NCBI GenBank assembly: GCA_031370005.1
Contig: JANMPT010000028.1
Coordinates: 160,001-224,000, forward strand
Direction of reading: 5' to 3'
Origin: Bdellovibrionales bacterium
Lineage (GTDB): Bacteria > Bdellovibrionota > Bdellovibrionia > Bdellovibrionales > Bdellovibrionaceae
DNA: 64,000 nucleotides
In this document: piece by piece, positions 32,879 through 44,152 of the stretch
Layout of the letters: each line of letters opens with the position of its first letter
Numbering within the stretch: position 1 is the stretch's first letter
Translations under genes and position numbers: made by a program
Notes under the pieces: generated by a model
The model's input: the letters and a program-made list of their open reading frames with translations, nothing else
Databases searched by the model: none
What the model was told of the DNA's origin: nothing

Positions 32879-35800
32879 CTAGTGCTGGCTGCTTGGCTCT
32901 TCCGATGTCGGAACAGCTGCCACAGCCAACTTCTCTACTTCAATTTCTTCAGTACCCTCATCTTGATCACTCAAGATGTCGGACTCCATCAACTCAACAT
33001 TCAATGCAAGAGATTGAAGCTCTTTCACCAAGACGTTGAATGACTCTGGTAAGCCGGGCTCGAGGATGTTCTCACCCTTCACGATGCTTTCATACATACG
33101 CGTTCTTCCTGCCACGTCGTCAGACTTAACAGTGAGGAACTCCTGCAATGAGTATGCAGCGCCATAGGCCTCGATCGCCCAAACTTCCATCTCTCCAAGA
33201 CGTTGACCGCCGAATTGAGCCTTGCCACCCAATGGCTGTTGCGAAACCAAAGAGTAGGGTCCAATAGAACGAGCATGAATCTTTTCTTCAACTAAGTGAT
33301 GCAATTTCAGCATGTACATGATGCCCACAGTTACCGGATTCGTGAATGGCTCACCTGAGCGGCCGTCAAAAAGAATGGCCTGCGCACGCTCTGGTAAATT
33401 TGCTTTTGCAAGCAAACCCTTTACATCCGCCTCACGGGCACCATCAAAGACAGGGGTGCCGACGTGTACACCATCTTTCATTTTTACTAACATTTGCTTC
33501 AATGAAGCATCGTCAGCCCTGTCAATTTTCGCGGAAATCTCTGCATCAGTAAAAGTATTTTTTAATGCTTTTCGGACATCTTCAGATTTAAAATTCTCAA
33601 TGTACACCGAAAGCTGGGTGCCTAAATTGCGCGCGGCCCAACCCAAGTGAACTTCCAAAATCTGCCCGATATTCATTCGAGAGGGAACGCCTAATGGGTT
33701 CAAAACCATATCTACTGGAGTTCCATCTGCCAAGTAGGGCATGTCCTCCAAAGGCAATACCTTTGAGACAACCCCTTTGTTGCCATGACGACCGGCGAAC
33801 TTATCACCAACTTGAAGTTTACGTTTAATTGCAACATAAACTTTAACCATCTTAATAACACCAGGAGGAAGCTCATCGCCCTTACGGAGACGTTCAATTT
33901 TCTCATTAAAGACAAGCCTTACGGCATCCAACTGATTGCGTGCCCCATCAATAATCTTGTTCACCTGAAATTCAAGATCTTGTTCGAGAGGAATGTAGCT
34001 CAAAAGTTCAAAAGGAATTGTCTCTAGGTCAGCCTCTGTAAGGTTTTGACCCTTATTCAATAATTTCTGACTTCCATCTTCATTCAAAAGAACACCTGTT
34101 GTAATTTTACCAACAAGGATGTCGCGAAGCTTAGATATCGCATTATTTCTGATAACGTTCTGCTCAACCTGCAAATCTTTTTCAAGTTTACGTTTCTTGT
34201 CCTCAATGATTGAGGACAAGCGCTCATCGCGATCTGCCCCCTCTCGAGAATAGACCTGAGCATCAATTACAGTGCCGTAAACACCAGATGGAACGCGAAG
34301 AGAGGTGTCACGAACATCGCCTGCCTTTTCGCCAAAGATCGCTCTTAAAAGCTTTTCCTCAGGGGAAAGCTGAGTCTCTCCCTTTGGCGTTACTTTACCA
34401 ACGAGAATGTAGCCAGGACGAACCTCTGCACCAATGCGAATAATGCCAGAAGCATCAAGATCTTTAAGGGCCTCTTCGCCAACATTTGCAATATCTCGCG
34501 TGATCTCTTCTTTCCCTAGTTTTGTGTCACGCGCTATACATTCGAATTCTTCAATATGAATTGAGGTATAAACATCCTCTTTTAAAAGACGTTCTGAAAT
34601 CAAAATTGAATCCTCGAAATTGTAACCCATCCAAGGAGTGAACGCGACCAGGATGTTTTGACCAAGAGCCAGTTCGCCAAGTTCCGTTGCCGGTCCGTCA
34701 GCGACAATATCACTCTTAGAGATACGGTCTCCTACCTTAACAATCGGTTTTTGATTGAAGCAGGTATTTGTATTCGTCCTTTGATATTTTGTTAAATTAT
34801 AGATGTCGACGTTTGCACCGAGCTCTCCGCCTTTTGCAAAACGGCGAATTACGATACGAGAGGCATCAACTTCTTCAACAATACCGTCATTAAGCGCAAC
34901 AACCGATGTTCCCGAGTCTCGAGCAACGAGCCTCTCAACGCCTGTTCCCACAAGCGGTGCGCGCGAGCGGAGCAGTGGCACCGCCTGACGTTGCATGTTC
35001 GACCCCATCAAGGCACGATTGGCATCGTCGTGCTCAAGGAATGGAATCAGTGATGCTGCAATAGAAACCAACTGAGATGGAGAAACGTCCATCAAAGTCA
35101 CCTTATCTTTGTCGACAATTTCATACTCACCATCACGGCGTGTGGTCGCAGAAGGCGTTTGAATATTTCTATGACCCTTTTCATCTCGAGGAGCCTGAGC
35201 AATATAGTGTCCGGCCTCTTCCAGAGCCGACATATAAGTGATGTCAGAAGAAATACTGCCGGCATCAACTTTACGATATGGAGTCTCAATGAATCCATAA
35301 TTATTGATACGCGCATAAGTAGCCAAAGAAGAAATCAAACCAATATTTGGTCCCTCAGGAGTCTCAATCGGACAGATGCGTCCATAATGCGTTGGATGTA
35401 CGTCACGCACTTCAAAACCAGCGCGATCACGAGTCAAACCGCCAGGCCCAAGAGCTGACAAGCGGCGTTTGTGCGTGATCTCAGAGAGTGGATTCGTCTG
35501 ATCCATAAATTGCGATAATTGAGAGGATCCAAAGAATTCCTTAACAACCGCATTCACAGGCTTAGCATTGACGAGATCATGAGGCATCATCGTCTCAACA
35601 TCTTGCAGTGACATGCGCTCACGGATAGCGCGCTCCATGCGAACAAGACCAATGCGATATTGGTTCTCTAATAGCTCACCCACTGAGCGAACGCGACGGT
35701 TGCCGAGGTGATCAATATCATCGATCACACCGCGGCCATTTTTAAGATCTATAAGCGTCTTGATTGTAGAAAGAATGTCTTTATGAGTCAGAGTCCTAAA

Positions 35801-37087
35801 CTCTGGGGGACACTCCTCCATAGAAATACCAAACTTGTGATTGATCTTGATACGACCAACCTCAGACAAGTCATATGTTTCTGGGTCAAAGAACAAACGA
35901 TGAAAGAAAGTAGTTGCCGCCTCTAATGTTGGAGGCTCGCCAGGGCGAAGTCGTTTGTATATCTCAATTAAAGACTCATCTTTATTGTTAACTTTATCAA
36001 TAAGTAAAGTGTTTCTGAGATATGGCCCCACTGTTAAACCATCAAAGAAAATCATGAAGAAATGATCAATACCCAGTGCAATTGCTTTTTTAATAAGGCT
36101 TGCGCTCAGCTCAGCATTCGCATCGGCAATAATCTCTCCGGTGGATTCGTCTATCAATGGCTTCGCAAGAACTTTTCCATCTAAATCCTCTGGATTTACT
36201 TGAATCTCAGTCAGGTTGATGTCTTTAATTTTTTTAACAATTGCACGAGTGATACGACGACCCACTTTTACTAAAACTTCTTCAGTTTTAGGATCAATAA
36301 TGTCAGCAATCGCTCTTTGGCCAGACATCCTTTCGATGTCAAGCTTTCTGAACAACTTGCCACCTCTAACGTAAACTTCGTCGAGATCATAAAAGAATTC
36401 CAAAAGCTTTTCAGTATTGAAACCAAGAGCTTTTAAAAGAATTGTAACAGGAAACTTTCTTCTTCTATCAATGCGGACATGAATCAAGTCTTTTTGGTCG
36501 AACTCAGCATCCAACCAAGAGCCGCGATATGGAATAACACGAGCCGAGTAAATGAGCTTACCGGAAGTTGCATTCTTACCGCCATCGTGGTCAAAAAATA
36601 CCCCCGGAGAACGATGCAACTGAGATACAACAACACGCTCGGTGCCATTGATAATAAAAGAACCGTTGGCAGTCATAAGAGGAATTTCGCCAAGATAAAC
36701 TTCTTGCTCTTTTACATCGCGGATACTGCGCGCTTCTGTTTCCTCATCAACATCAAATACAATAAGACGAAGAGTTACCTTGATTGGTGCCGCATAAGTC
36801 ATTCCACGCTGGCGACACTCATCAACATCATACTTAGCCGGCTCAAGAGTGTAGCTTACAAATTCAAGGCTCGCCGTATTGTTGAAATCGCTAATTGGAA
36901 AAACGGATTTGAAAACACCGTTAAGACCAGCTTCACCACGTCGGTCTGGATCCGTATCTTTTTGCAAGAAAGCCTCATAAGAGCTTTTTTGCAACTCGAT
37001 CAAATTCGGGATGTCGATAACTTGTTTGTTTTGTGCGAAAGATTTTCTGATACGCAGATTTGAGGCCGTGATTGGAGTTTTATCCAT
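32879..37087 (-). CDS. rpoB: RNA polymerase beta subunit
   Basis: [32 protein letters not shown]. Confidence 0.99.
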   Translation of the reverse strand: MDKTPITASNLRIRKSFAQNKQVIDIPNLIELQKSSYEAFLQKDTDPDRRGEAGLNGVFKSVFPISDFNNTASLEFVSYTLEPAKYDVDECRQRGMTYAAPIKVTLRLIVFDVDEETEARSIRDVKEQEVYLGEIPLMTANGSFIINGTERVVVSQLHRSPGVFFDHDGGKNATSGKLIYSARVIPYRGSWLDAEFDQKDLIHVRIDRRRKFPVTILLKALGFNTEKLLEFFYDLDEVYVRGGKLFRKLDIERMSGQRAIADIIDPKTEEVLVKVGRRITRAIVKKIKDINLTEIQVNPEDLDGKVLAKPLIDESTGEIIADANAELSASLIKKAIALGIDHFFMIFFDGLTVGPYLRNTLLIDKVNNKDESLIEIYKRLRPGEPPTLEAATTFFHRLFFDPETYDLSEVGRIKINHKFGISMEECPPEFRTLTHKDILSTIKTLIDLKNGRGVIDDIDHLGNRRVRSVGELLENQYRIGLVRMERAIRERMSLQDVETMMPHDLVNAKPVNAVVKEFFGSSQLSQFMDQTNPLSEITHKRRLSALGPGGLTRDRAGFEVRDVHPTHYGRICPIETPEGPNIGLISSLATYARINNYGFIETPYRKVDAGSISSDITYMSALEEAGHYIAQAPRDEKGHRNIQTPSATTRRDGEYEIVDKDKVTLMDVSPSQLVSIAASLIPFLEHDDANRALMGSNMQRQAVPLLRSRAPLVGTGVERLVARDSGTSVVALNDGIVEEVDASRIVIRRFAKGGELGANVDIYNLTKYQRTNTNTCFNQKPIVKVGDRISKSDIVADGPATELGELALGQNILVAFTPWMGYNFEDSILISERLLKEDVYTSIHIEEFECIARDTKLGKEEITRDIANVGEEALKDLDASGIIRIGAEVRPGYILVGKVTPKGETQLSPEEKLLRAIFGEKAGDVRDTSLRVPSGVYGTVIDAQVYSREGADRDERLSSIIEDKKRKLEKDLQVEQNVIRNNAISKLRDILVGKITTGVLLNEDGSQKLLNKGQNLTEADLETIPFELLSYIPLEQDLEFQVNKIIDGARNQLDAVRLVFNEKIERLRKGDELPPGVIKMVKVYVAIKRKLQVGDKFAGRHGNKGVVSKVLPLEDMPYLADGTPVDMVLNPLGVPSRMNIGQILEVHLGWAARNLGTQLSVYIENFKSEDVRKALKNTFTDAEISAKIDRADDASLKQMLVKMKDGVHVGTPVFDGAREADVKGLLAKANLPERAQAILFDGRSGEPFTNPVTVGIMYMLKLHHLVEEKIHARSIGPYSLVSQQPLGGKAQFGGQRLGEMEVWAIEAYGAAYSLQEFLTVKSDDVAGRTRMYESIVKGENILEPGLPESFNVLVKELQSLALNVELMESDILSDQDEGTEEIEVEKLAVAAVPTSEEPSSQH

Positions 37088-37206
37088 CTAATCTCCCTTA
37101 AAGAGTCAAACCATCTAAGCAACTGAAATTATTTTCTTATTTCAGAGCCAAAAAATACATTTGAACTGAATAAATCAGTTCGCTCGGCCTAAAGCTTAGC
37201 CGAGAG

Positions 37207-37235
37207 AATATAGTACCCCTTGGTATAGGGGTCAA
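37207..37235 (-). promoter_or_regulatory. Putative dedicated rpoBC promoter
   Basis: TTGACC-N17-TATATT; inverted repeat ACCCCT-N6-AGGGGT in spacer. Confidence 0.55.
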
Positions 37236-37260
37236 TGTCGCATTTCAATAAAAATGCGAA

Positions 37261-37299
37261 ATGGCCTCTTTTTTGCATTCAATCGAGAAAAGAGGCCAT
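37261..37299 (-). terminator. Terminator/attenuator hairpin between rplL and rpoB
   Basis: 12-bp inverted repeat ATGGCCTCTTTT...AAAAGAGGCCAT, U-rich sequence downstream on minus strand. Confidence 0.55.
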
Positions 37300-37313
37300 G
37301 CTTCACAAAATAA

Positions 37314-37682
37314 TTACTTAACTTGAACTTTTGCGCCAGCCGCCTCAAGAGACTTCTTAATTTTCTCAGCGTCTTCTTTAGTAGCGCCTTCTTTAACAGC
37401 TTTTCCGCCTGCTTCAACGAGAGCTTTTGCTTCAGCAAGCCCAAGGCCAGTTAAAGCGCGAACCTCTTTAATTACGTTGATTTTATTAGCGCCCGCGTCA
37501 AGCAAAATGACGTCAAAAGCTGTTTTTTCTTCAACAGCCGCAGCAGCAGCGCCGCCTGCCATCACAACAGGAGCCGCAGCAGAAACGCCCCATTTTTCTT
37601 CTAGCATTTTTACAAGCTCAGCAAGCTCGAGAACTGTTTTGCTGGACAAAGCATCCATCAATTGATCATTAGTTAAAGACAT
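37314..37682 (-). CDS. rplL: 50S ribosomal protein bL12
   Basis: [31 protein letters not shown]. Confidence 0.98.
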   Translation of the reverse strand: MSLTNDQLMDALSSKTVLELAELVKMLEEKWGVSAAAPVVMAGGAAAAAVEEKTAFDVILLDAGANKINVIKEVRALTGLGLAEAKALVEAGGKAVKEGATKEDAEKIKKSLEAAGAKVQVK

Positions 37683-37732
37683 AAATCCTCCAAAAAATTA
37701 TTAAAATAAAAAATTAAAATTCATCCAACAAA

Positions 37733-38257
37733 CTATGCTTGTGGAGCCTCTGAACCAATACCACTTTCTAATTTCTTTACATATTCATTAATACAGCGCG
37801 CAAGTTTTGCGCCAGATGCATTAAGAGTAGCAAGGAATTGAGAGCGAAGTTGGTCTTTGCCTGGAAGTGTCGCTAGGAAATTAATCTTAGCAGCATCCAT
37901 AGCCTCGCCATCCATTACACCAGTTTTGATTTGCAAAACTTCAACATCTTTCGCGAAGTCTGCCAAAACTTTAGCTGTGATATTTACCTCACCATAGGAA
38001 AATACGATCGCATTAGTTCCTTTTAGGGAAGTGCTCAAAGCTTTCTCTATAGACGGGTGATCCTTTAGCGCTCTTTTAGCAAGAGTATTTCGAACGACCT
38101 TCATCTCAGACTCAGAAGTATGAAGTTTTTTTCGGAGCGAGGTAACTTGCTCCACTTTCATACCCTTGAAATCCACGATGAAGGCACCTTTTGACTTGGC
38201 AAGCTTATCAGTTAAAAGCTTAATCTCTTGTTCTTTATCAGTGCGAGTTATCATCAT
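37733..38257 (-). CDS. rplJ: 50S ribosomal protein uL10
   Basis: [26 protein letters not shown]. Confidence 0.96.
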   Translation of the reverse strand: MMITRTDKEQEIKLLTDKLAKSKGAFIVDFKGMKVEQVTSLRKKLHTSESEMKVVRNTLAKRALKDHPSIEKALSTSLKGTNAIVFSYGEVNITAKVLADFAKDVEVLQIKTGVMDGEAMDAAKINFLATLPGKDQLRSQFLATLNASGAKLARCINEYVKKLESGIGSEAPQA

Positions 38258-38269
38258 TAGGGGCCTCCT

Positions 38270-38395
38270 TTCATTAGATTTATGCGAGTCAGGTCGGTTT
38301 GGAGATTCACTTTAAAGGTAAACTCTTTTGCCTTATCTCGGTAGGATCCCTTAATTGGGAATTAAAGTCTTTCGACGACCTACTGTCTCTGATCG
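38270..38395 (-). promoter_or_regulatory. L10 leader (L10/L12 autoregulatory RNA)
   Basis: Minus strand GAGACAGTAGGT..TTAAT..TCCTACCGAGA resembles the L10-leader core; lies between rplA and rplJ. Confidence 0.7.
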
Positions 38396-38407
38396 CAATA
38401 GTTTTAT

Positions 38408-39115
38408 TTATACAATAGCACTCACAATACCAGCTGCCTGATTTGGGTCCATCTTTACTCCTGGGCCCATTGTAGAAGCCACAGAAATTGTTCTAAGATA
38501 AATACCCTTTGAAGAGGCGGGTTTAGCTTTCACGATTGCACCCAACAAAGTTAGGAAATTTTCGCGAAGCTTGATATCGCCCATAGATTTCTTGCCGACA
38601 CCAGCGTGCACAATACCCGCTTTATCAACGCGAAAGTCTAATTTACCCTTCTTCTCAGCAGTGACAGCCTCCCCTACATTCATAGTTACAGTACCAACTT
38701 TAGGATTCGGCATCAAACCACGAGGTCCGAGAATCTTAGCAACTTTAGATACAGTCGCCATCATATCCGGTGTTGCAATACACTTATCGAAGTCTAACCA
38801 TCCACCTTGGATTTTAGCAACGAGGTCATCGGCACCAACAAAATCAGCTCCAGCGTTTTTCGCCTCAGCCTCTTTTGGACCTTTTGCAAAAACAACCACC
38901 TTAACATTCTTACCAAGGCCATGCGGAAGCGCAATAGCACCACGCACCTGTTGATCGGATTGCTTTGGATCAATACCAAGGCGAAGAGCCACGTCGATTG
39001 TTTCATCGAACTTAGCGGTTGCACTTTCTACTACCATTTTGAAAGCTTCATCAACTGTATATTTTTTTGTCGAATCAACTTTTTTAGAAGCTGATTTAAA
39101 TCTTTTATTTGCCAT
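38408..39115 (-). CDS. rplA: 50S ribosomal protein uL1
   Basis: KFDET, LGPRGLMPNPKVGT, STMGPG; start moved to ATG 39115. Confidence 0.98.
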   Translation of the reverse strand: MANKRFKSASKKVDSTKKYTVDEAFKMVVESATAKFDETIDVALRLGIDPKQSDQQVRGAIALPHGLGKNVKVVVFAKGPKEAEAKNAGADFVGADDLVAKIQGGWLDFDKCIATPDMMATVSKVAKILGPRGLMPNPKVGTVTMNVGEAVTAEKKGKLDFRVDKAGIVHAGVGKKSMGDIKLRENFLTLLGAIVKAKPASSKGIYLRTISVASTMGPGVKMDPNQAAGIVSAIV

Positions 39116-39125
39116 ACTTACCACC

Positions 39126-39551
39126 CTAATCCGCAAGCTCAAGGCCCATGCTTTTCGCAGTGCCAATTACTTGAGACATTGCTGACTCAACTTTTAAGCA
39201 ATTCAAATCTGGCAACTTTGTCGTCGCGATTTGTTTTACTTGTTCTAGCTTTACTTTTCCAACTTTGTCTTTTTGAGGCATTTTAGAGCCTGACTCTAAT
39301 TTGACTGCCTTTTTCAACAGAGACGAGACTGGAGGCGTTTTGGTGATGAAAGTAAACGATCTGTCCTGATAAACAGTGATAATGATAGGGATAATGCTAT
39401 CACCCAATGCCTGCGTGCGAGCATTGAACTGCTTACAGAATTCCATGATGTTTACCCCATGCTGTCCGAGCGCCGGTCCAACGGGAGGAGCTGGATTAGC
39501 TTTCCCTGCCGGTATCTGCAGCTTGATCATTCCTGTAACTTTTTTTGCCAT
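39126..39551 (-). CDS. rplK: 50S ribosomal protein uL11
   Basis: [15 protein letters not shown]; start moved to ATG 39551. Confidence 0.98.
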   Translation of the reverse strand: MAKKVTGMIKLQIPAGKANPAPPVGPALGQHGVNIMEFCKQFNARTQALGDSIIPIIITVYQDRSFTFITKTPPVSSLLKKAVKLESGSKMPQKDKVGKVKLEQVKQIATTKLPDLNCLKVESAMSQVIGTAKSMGLELAD

Positions 39552-39606
39552 GACCCACTCCTGCAATAGGGTTTGTTAATAAATCTCTCTTTCGAGAGTT
39601 AAAAAA

Positions 39607-40140
39607 TTACTGCTTTTCCACCTGAATGAAGTCCAACTCAACAGGAGTTGCTCTTCCAAAGATGCTCACGAGAACTTTCACTTTCGCCTTGTCCTCATTG
39701 ATCTCCTCAACAGTTCCGTTGAAGTTAGAGAATGGACCGTCAACGACAGTCACATTTTCACCCACAGAAAATTTTACCTTTTGCTTCGGTTTTTCACCGA
39801 CACCAGCCATTTGCTGTGTTACGCGCAAAACCTCGGCCTCAGGAACTTCGGGAGGACGTGTCTTAGCACCTCCAACGAAGCCTGTCACCTTGGATGAATG
39901 TTTTACAAGATGCCACGTCTCGTCATTTAAAAACATTTGAATGAACATGTAACCAGGAAAGAACTTACGAGATTTTGTCTGTTTTTGACCTTTTACAAGT
40001 TCAACAACATTCTCAGAGGGGATCAAAATTTCCCCAAAAAACTGTTCCATTTTTTGAGAGCGAACTCTCTCTTCGATAGCTGTTTTGGCTGTCGACTCAC
40101 AACCAGTCTGAGTATTTACAATGTACCATTTTTTTTCCAT
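39607..40140 (-). CDS. nusG: Transcription factor NusG
   Basis: KWYIV, FFPGY, GFVG, KOW domain VSIFGR. Confidence 0.97.
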   Translation of the reverse strand: MEKKWYIVNTQTGCESTAKTAIEERVRSQKMEQFFGEILIPSENVVELVKGQKQTKSRKFFPGYMFIQMFLNDETWHLVKHSSKVTGFVGGAKTRPPEVPEAEVLRVTQQMAGVGEKPKQKVKFSVGENVTVVDGPFSNFNGTVEEINEDKAKVKVLVSIFGRATPVELDFIQVEKQ

Positions 40141-40149
40141 GGCCACTTC

Positions 40150-40533
40150 CTATCTCATGAGAGTGTTGATGACATAACCAGAAATTAAGTCAAAAGAGCT
40201 AATAATTATGCTGGAAATCAGCACCATGACGACTACAACTACCGTCATTGCAGTAGCATCCTTACGAGAAGGCCAGACTACCTTACGCACTTCCACCGAA
40301 ACTTCATCTGCCCAGGTCACAATTTTAGAATTAAATTGCAGGTAAGCAAAAAGCCCAAAGCCCAAAGCCAAAGGAACGCCGTGGCGGAATATATCTGAAT
40401 CCGCCGCGCGAGCCACAACCGCAAAAGCACCGGCAAAAGCTTTGATCAACAAGCTGACCACAAGCCCGGTCAAAAAACCAGCAATCGCAAAACTCAAGGT
40501 TATTATTTTAGAGTTTGTTTTTTCCATATTCAC
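40150..40533 (-). CDS. secE: Preprotein translocase SecE (long, 3-TM form)
   Basis: EVRKVVWPSRK; position between tRNA-Trp and nusG. Confidence 0.92.
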   Translation of the reverse strand: MNMEKTNSKIITLSFAIAGFLTGLVVSLLIKAFAGAFAVVARAADSDIFRHGVPLALGFGLFAYLQFNSKIVTWADEVSVEVRKVVWPSRKDATAMTVVVVVMVLISSIIISSFDLISGYVINTLMR

Positions 40534-40568
40534 TCTCTATTTCCATTAAAAATATTGCTCGCAAAAAC

Positions 40569-40644
40569 TGGCAGGGGCGGAGGGATTCGAACCCACGACC
40601 TAACGATTTGGAGTCGTTCGCTCTACCGCTGGAGCTACACCCCT
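40569..40644 (-). tRNA. trnW: tRNA-Trp (CCA)
   Basis: Cloverleaf; anticodon arm AACGA-CT-CCA-AA-TCGTT; encoded CCA end. Confidence 0.95.
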
Positions 40645-40670
40645 GCACAAAAATTTTAAAGCCCTTCAAA

Positions 40671-40709
40671 AGCTGAAGGGGACAATCTCGTTGAGATGTC
40701 CCCCAGCTG
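40671..40709 (-). terminator. Hairpin after tuf (terminator or processing site)
   Basis: Imperfect inverted repeat AGCTG..GGGGAC.ATCTC/GAGAT.GTCCCC.CAGCT; short U run after it on minus strand. Confidence 0.4.
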
Positions 40710-40737
40710 TCAATCTTCAAGTTAAACGAAGACCCTA

Positions 40738-41931
40738 TTAGTCAGCAAGAATCTCAATAACAACGCCTGCGCCAACTGTACGTCCACCTTCACGGATCGC
40801 AAAACGGAGTTCTTTTTCCATTGCAATCGGAGCGATGAGCTCAACAGAGATTTCAACGCGGTCACCAGGCATAACCATTTCAGTTCCAGCTTTTAAAGTG
40901 CAAACACCTGTAACATCTGTCGTTCTGAAGTAAAACTGTGGGCGGTAACCATTAAAGAATGGAGTATGACGTCCACCCTCTTCTTTTGTAAGGATGTAGG
41001 CCTCACCTTTGAATTTTTTGTGCGGTTTAATTGTTCCAGGCTTAGCAAGAACTTGACCACGCTCAACGTCTTCTTTTTTAGTACCACGAAGTAGAACGCC
41101 ACAATTGTCGCCGGCCTGACCTTCGTCAAGAAGCTTACGGAACATCTCAATACCAGTCACAGTTGTTTTCTGCGTAGGGCGGATACCAACGATCTCAACC
41201 TCTTCGCCAACTTTTACGATACCGCGCTCAACACGACCCGTAACAACAGTTCCACGGCCAGAGATTGAGAATACGTCCTCGATTGGCATCAAGAAGGTCT
41301 TATCAACGGCACGAACTGGAGTTGGGATATAGGTATCACAAGCTTCCATTAATTTAAGAATTGAAGGCCGACCAATTTCAGAGGTATCACCCTCCAAAGC
41401 TTTCAATGCAGAGCCCTTAACGATTGGAATATCATCACCAGGAAACTCGTATTTAGAAAGTAATTCGCGAACCTCAAGCTCGACTAGCTCAAGAAGCTCC
41501 TTATCATCAACCATATCAACCTTGTTCATGAAAACAACAAGAGCTGGAACACCTACTTGACGAGCCAAAAGAATGTGCTCACGAGTTTGTGGCATAGGTC
41601 CATCAGCAGATGAAACTACCAGAATACCGCCATCCATTTGAGCAGCACCCGTGATCATGTTTTTAACATAATCGGCGTGTCCCGGGCAATCAACGTGGGC
41701 ATAGTGACGATTCACAGTCTCATACTCAACGTGTGTCGTTGAAATAGTGATACCACGCTCTCTCTCTTCTGGAGATTTATCAATTTGATCGTAAGACATA
41801 GCTTGAGCTTGACCAGTCAAGGCTAGAGTCGTAGTGATCGCAGCAGTCAAGGTAGTTTTACCATGATCGACGTGACCGATCGTACCGATATTTACATGGG
41901 GCTTGTTACGTGTAAACTTCTCTTTAGACAT
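40738..41931 (-). CDS. tuf: Elongation factor Tu
   Basis: [34 protein letters not shown]. Confidence 0.99.
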   Translation of the reverse strand: MSKEKFTRNKPHVNIGTIGHVDHGKTTLTAAITTTLALTGQAQAMSYDQIDKSPEERERGITISTTHVEYETVNRHYAHVDCPGHADYVKNMITGAAQMDGGILVVSSADGPMPQTREHILLARQVGVPALVVFMNKVDMVDDKELLELVELEVRELLSKYEFPGDDIPIVKGSALKALEGDTSEIGRPSILKLMEACDTYIPTPVRAVDKTFLMPIEDVFSISGRGTVVTGRVERGIVKVGEEVEIVGIRPTQKTTVTGIEMFRKLLDEGQAGDNCGVLLRGTKKEDVERGQVLAKPGTIKPHKKFKGEAYILTKEEGGRHTPFFNGYRPQFYFRTTDVTGVCTLKAGTEMVMPGDRVEISVELIAPIAMEKELRFAIREGGRTVGAGVVIEILAD

Positions 41932-42027
41932 TATTTCCTCCCGAAGAGATCTTTATTAATTTTTAAAATCAAATTCTACTTAAAACAAAAAATAAAACAA
42001 CCTGCAAAACTTGGTCACCATCTTTAA

Positions 42028-42102
42028 TGGAGCCCTTGATCGGAGCCGAACCGACGACCTCACCCTTACCAAGGGTGCGCTCTACCACTGAGCTACAAGG
42101 GC
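42028..42102 (-). tRNA. trnT: tRNA-Thr (GGT)
   Basis: Anticodon arm CACCC-TT-GGT-AA-GGGTG; CCA end. Confidence 0.93.
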
Positions 42103-42110
42103 CTTAGTTT

Positions 42111-42187
42111 TGGAGCGGGAGACGGGTCTCGAACCCGCAACCCTCTGCTTGGAAGGCAGATACTCTAGCCAATTGAGCTACTCCCGC
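42111..42187 (-). tRNA. trnG: tRNA-Gly (TCC)
   Basis: Anticodon arm TCTGC-CT-TCC-AA-GCAGA; CCA end. Confidence 0.95.
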
Positions 42188-42273
42188 CCGACTCGATCCT
42201 TGCTTGGTCTAAATGCTTCGGTTTTTCACCTTCACACTCGCCTCAAGCCTTTTGGACTAAACGCAACTACTAA

Positions 42274-42359
42274 TGGTGGACAGGGAAGGATTCGAACCTT
42301 CGTAGACGTAAGCCAGCGGATTTACAGTCCGCCCCCTTTAGCCACTCGGGCACCTGTCC
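42274..42359 (-). tRNA. trnY: tRNA-Tyr (GTA)
   Basis: Anticodon arm GCGGA-CT-GTA-AA-TCCGC; long variable arm; CCA end. Confidence 0.96.
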
Positions 42360-42388
42360 GTTCCTAAGAACGTGCACTCCAAAAAACT

Positions 42389-42464
42389 TGGAGCTGGTTA
42401 TGGGACTCGAACCCGCAACCTGCTGATTACAAATCAGCTGCTCTACCAATTGAGCTAAACCAGC
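42389..42464 (-). tRNA. trnT: tRNA-Thr (TGT)
   Basis: Anticodon arm GCTGA-TT-TGT-AA-TCAGC; CCA end; classic Thr-Tyr-Gly-Thr-tuf order. Confidence 0.95.
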
Positions 42465-42539
42465 ACCTTCGATAAATACGAATAATCAACACGTCGAATC
42501 TATCAACCGAGACTTTGTACTGAAAAAAACCCATGCTCG

Positions 42540-43424
42540 TCAAAGAGTATTATTCGATTTCAACTTATTTTTTCCAAGACTAGAACTTGAATGCTGACGA
42601 AGAGTCTCAGTGAGAGCCATTGCCGTAGCTACTGAGGCATTGTAACTCGCCGCTGCACTGCTCTGCGGAATGTAAACGAGTTCATCACAAAGCCTCTCTG
42701 TGGTAACTCGCATACCTTTGTCTTCAGAGCCAATTGCCCACACAACTTTGTCAGGCAATTGCAACTCAAAGATTGATTTTTTCCCGCGTGGACTTAGACC
42801 ATAAATCCAGTATGCCTTCTCTTTAAGCTCTTCTGCATACTTGGCAAAGTTTGTGACCTCTACAACTGGAACGTGCTCAGCGCCTCCGCAAGCCACCTTA
42901 TGAACTGTCGGAGTAAGGCCCACTGCCCGATCTTCGGGCACAATTACAGCCTGAACCCCAGTGAGCCAAGAGGTACGAAGAATTGCACCTAAATTGTGGG
43001 GATCTTCAATACCATCCAAAATGAGGATGATGGATTTATTAATGCTCTCAAGGTCGTCCATCAACAGAGTCGGCGCGCCATTCATGAACAAGACCGCCCC
43101 CTGATGTGAAGAGCCAAAGCGATCCACAATGCTATCAGCTTTAAATTCGATTTTGATTCTTGCTGAGTGAGTAAGCTCTTGAATTTCGCGCAGATCTGAC
43201 GAGGATTCCCAACCCTGACGAAGCCAAAGAAGTTTTCCCACATGAGCACGCACGGCCAAAGCTTCTTTGATGGCATGCGTACCTATTACCGGGCGCCACT
43301 CCTTAGGGATTTCATCATCTTTGCCTCGCATCTGGCCGCCGCCTGCCCCATGGTGAACTCGTGGAGCTCCCCTGCGAGGGGGAGGTTGAGCTTTACTGCC
43401 GAATCGAGAATTATTTTTTTTCAT
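42540..43424 (-). CDS. rlmB: 23S rRNA Gm2251 methyltransferase (TrmH/SpoU family)
   Basis: HQG, LDGIEDPHNLGAILR, GSEDKG, SYNASVA. Confidence 0.85.
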   Translation of the reverse strand: MKKNNSRFGSKAQPPPRRGAPRVHHGAGGGQMRGKDDEIPKEWRPVIGTHAIKEALAVRAHVGKLLWLRQGWESSSDLREIQELTHSARIKIEFKADSIVDRFGSSHQGAVLFMNGAPTLLMDDLESINKSIILILDGIEDPHNLGAILRTSWLTGVQAVIVPEDRAVGLTPTVHKVACGGAEHVPVVEVTNFAKYAEELKEKAYWIYGLSPRGKKSIFELQLPDKVVWAIGSEDKGMRVTTERLCDELVYIPQSSAAASYNASVATAMALTETLRQHSSSSLGKNKLKSNNTL

Positions 43425-44130
43425 AAAGTGCCATCACATAGTCCGTTGCTATTTCCCGAGGGTTTTTTGCTTCGATAATTGGTCGACCCACAACAAGAGC
43501 GGATGCCCCCGATTTTATAGCATCACAAGGTCCCATCACGCGTTTTTGATCTCCAAGCTCATCCATATTAAAACGAATTCCAGGAGTTACAAGGTAGAGA
43601 CCTCTACTTTGTAAAAGATCCAACTCCAGCGGAGAACAAACTAAACCGGTTATTCCCGCAGAAAGGGCAAGGTCGGCGAGCTCAGTCACATGCTGAGAAA
43701 TAGGTTGTTGTTTAAAATTTTCCGGTATGGAATTTTGATCCCATGAAGTCAAAATTGTGACTGCAAGAACTCTGAAAGGACGGATCTGATTAAGTTCTTT
43801 TTCAAGGGCCGCCATTTTTAAAAGGGCTTCGCGACCCGAAAGCGCATGAACTGTCACAAGACTTGCCCCAGCTTCAAAGCTTGCACGAACCGCTGCGACC
43901 ATTGTGGAGGGAATATCAAAGTGCTTATTATCGACGAAGACTGGGCCAAGAGCTGCAAGCTCCTTCACCAAGTCTTGTCCATAACGAAGACAAAGACGTG
44001 GGCCGACTTTGAAACCGCCAACCACATCCGCTAACTCATCTGCCAATTGGAGGGCTGTCCGTCGATCATCCACGTCTAACGCGACAATAATGGGATTTCT
44101 CATTGGATCAGAAAGCTGATGCGGCTTCAT
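43411..44130 (-). CDS. pyrF: Orotidine-5'-phosphate decarboxylase
   Basis: IVALD, DNKHFDIPST, VTPGIR, LVVGRPI. Confidence 0.95.
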   Translation of the reverse strand: MKPHQLSDPMRNPIIVALDVDDRRTALQLADELADVVGGFKVGPRLCLRYGQDLVKELAALGPVFVDNKHFDIPSTMVAAVRASFEAGASLVTVHALSGREALLKMAALEKELNQIRPFRVLAVTILTSWDQNSIPENFKQQPISQHVTELADLALSAGITGLVCSPLELDLLQSRGLYLVTPGIRFNMDELGDQKRVMGPCDAIKSGASALVVGRPIIEAKNPREIATDYVMALYEKK

Positions 44131-44152
44131 TTATATCTCCGGTTATTTTTTC

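Noticed and set aside
42188..42273. Imperfect inverted repeat in the Tyr-Gly tRNA spacer as an extra ncRNA
   Set aside because: On the transcribed minus strand the stem has A-C mismatches; no tRNA-like or known motif
42110..42367. 85-aa ORF MERETGLEPAT
   Set aside because: Translation of the reverse complement of tRNA-Gly and tRNA-Tyr
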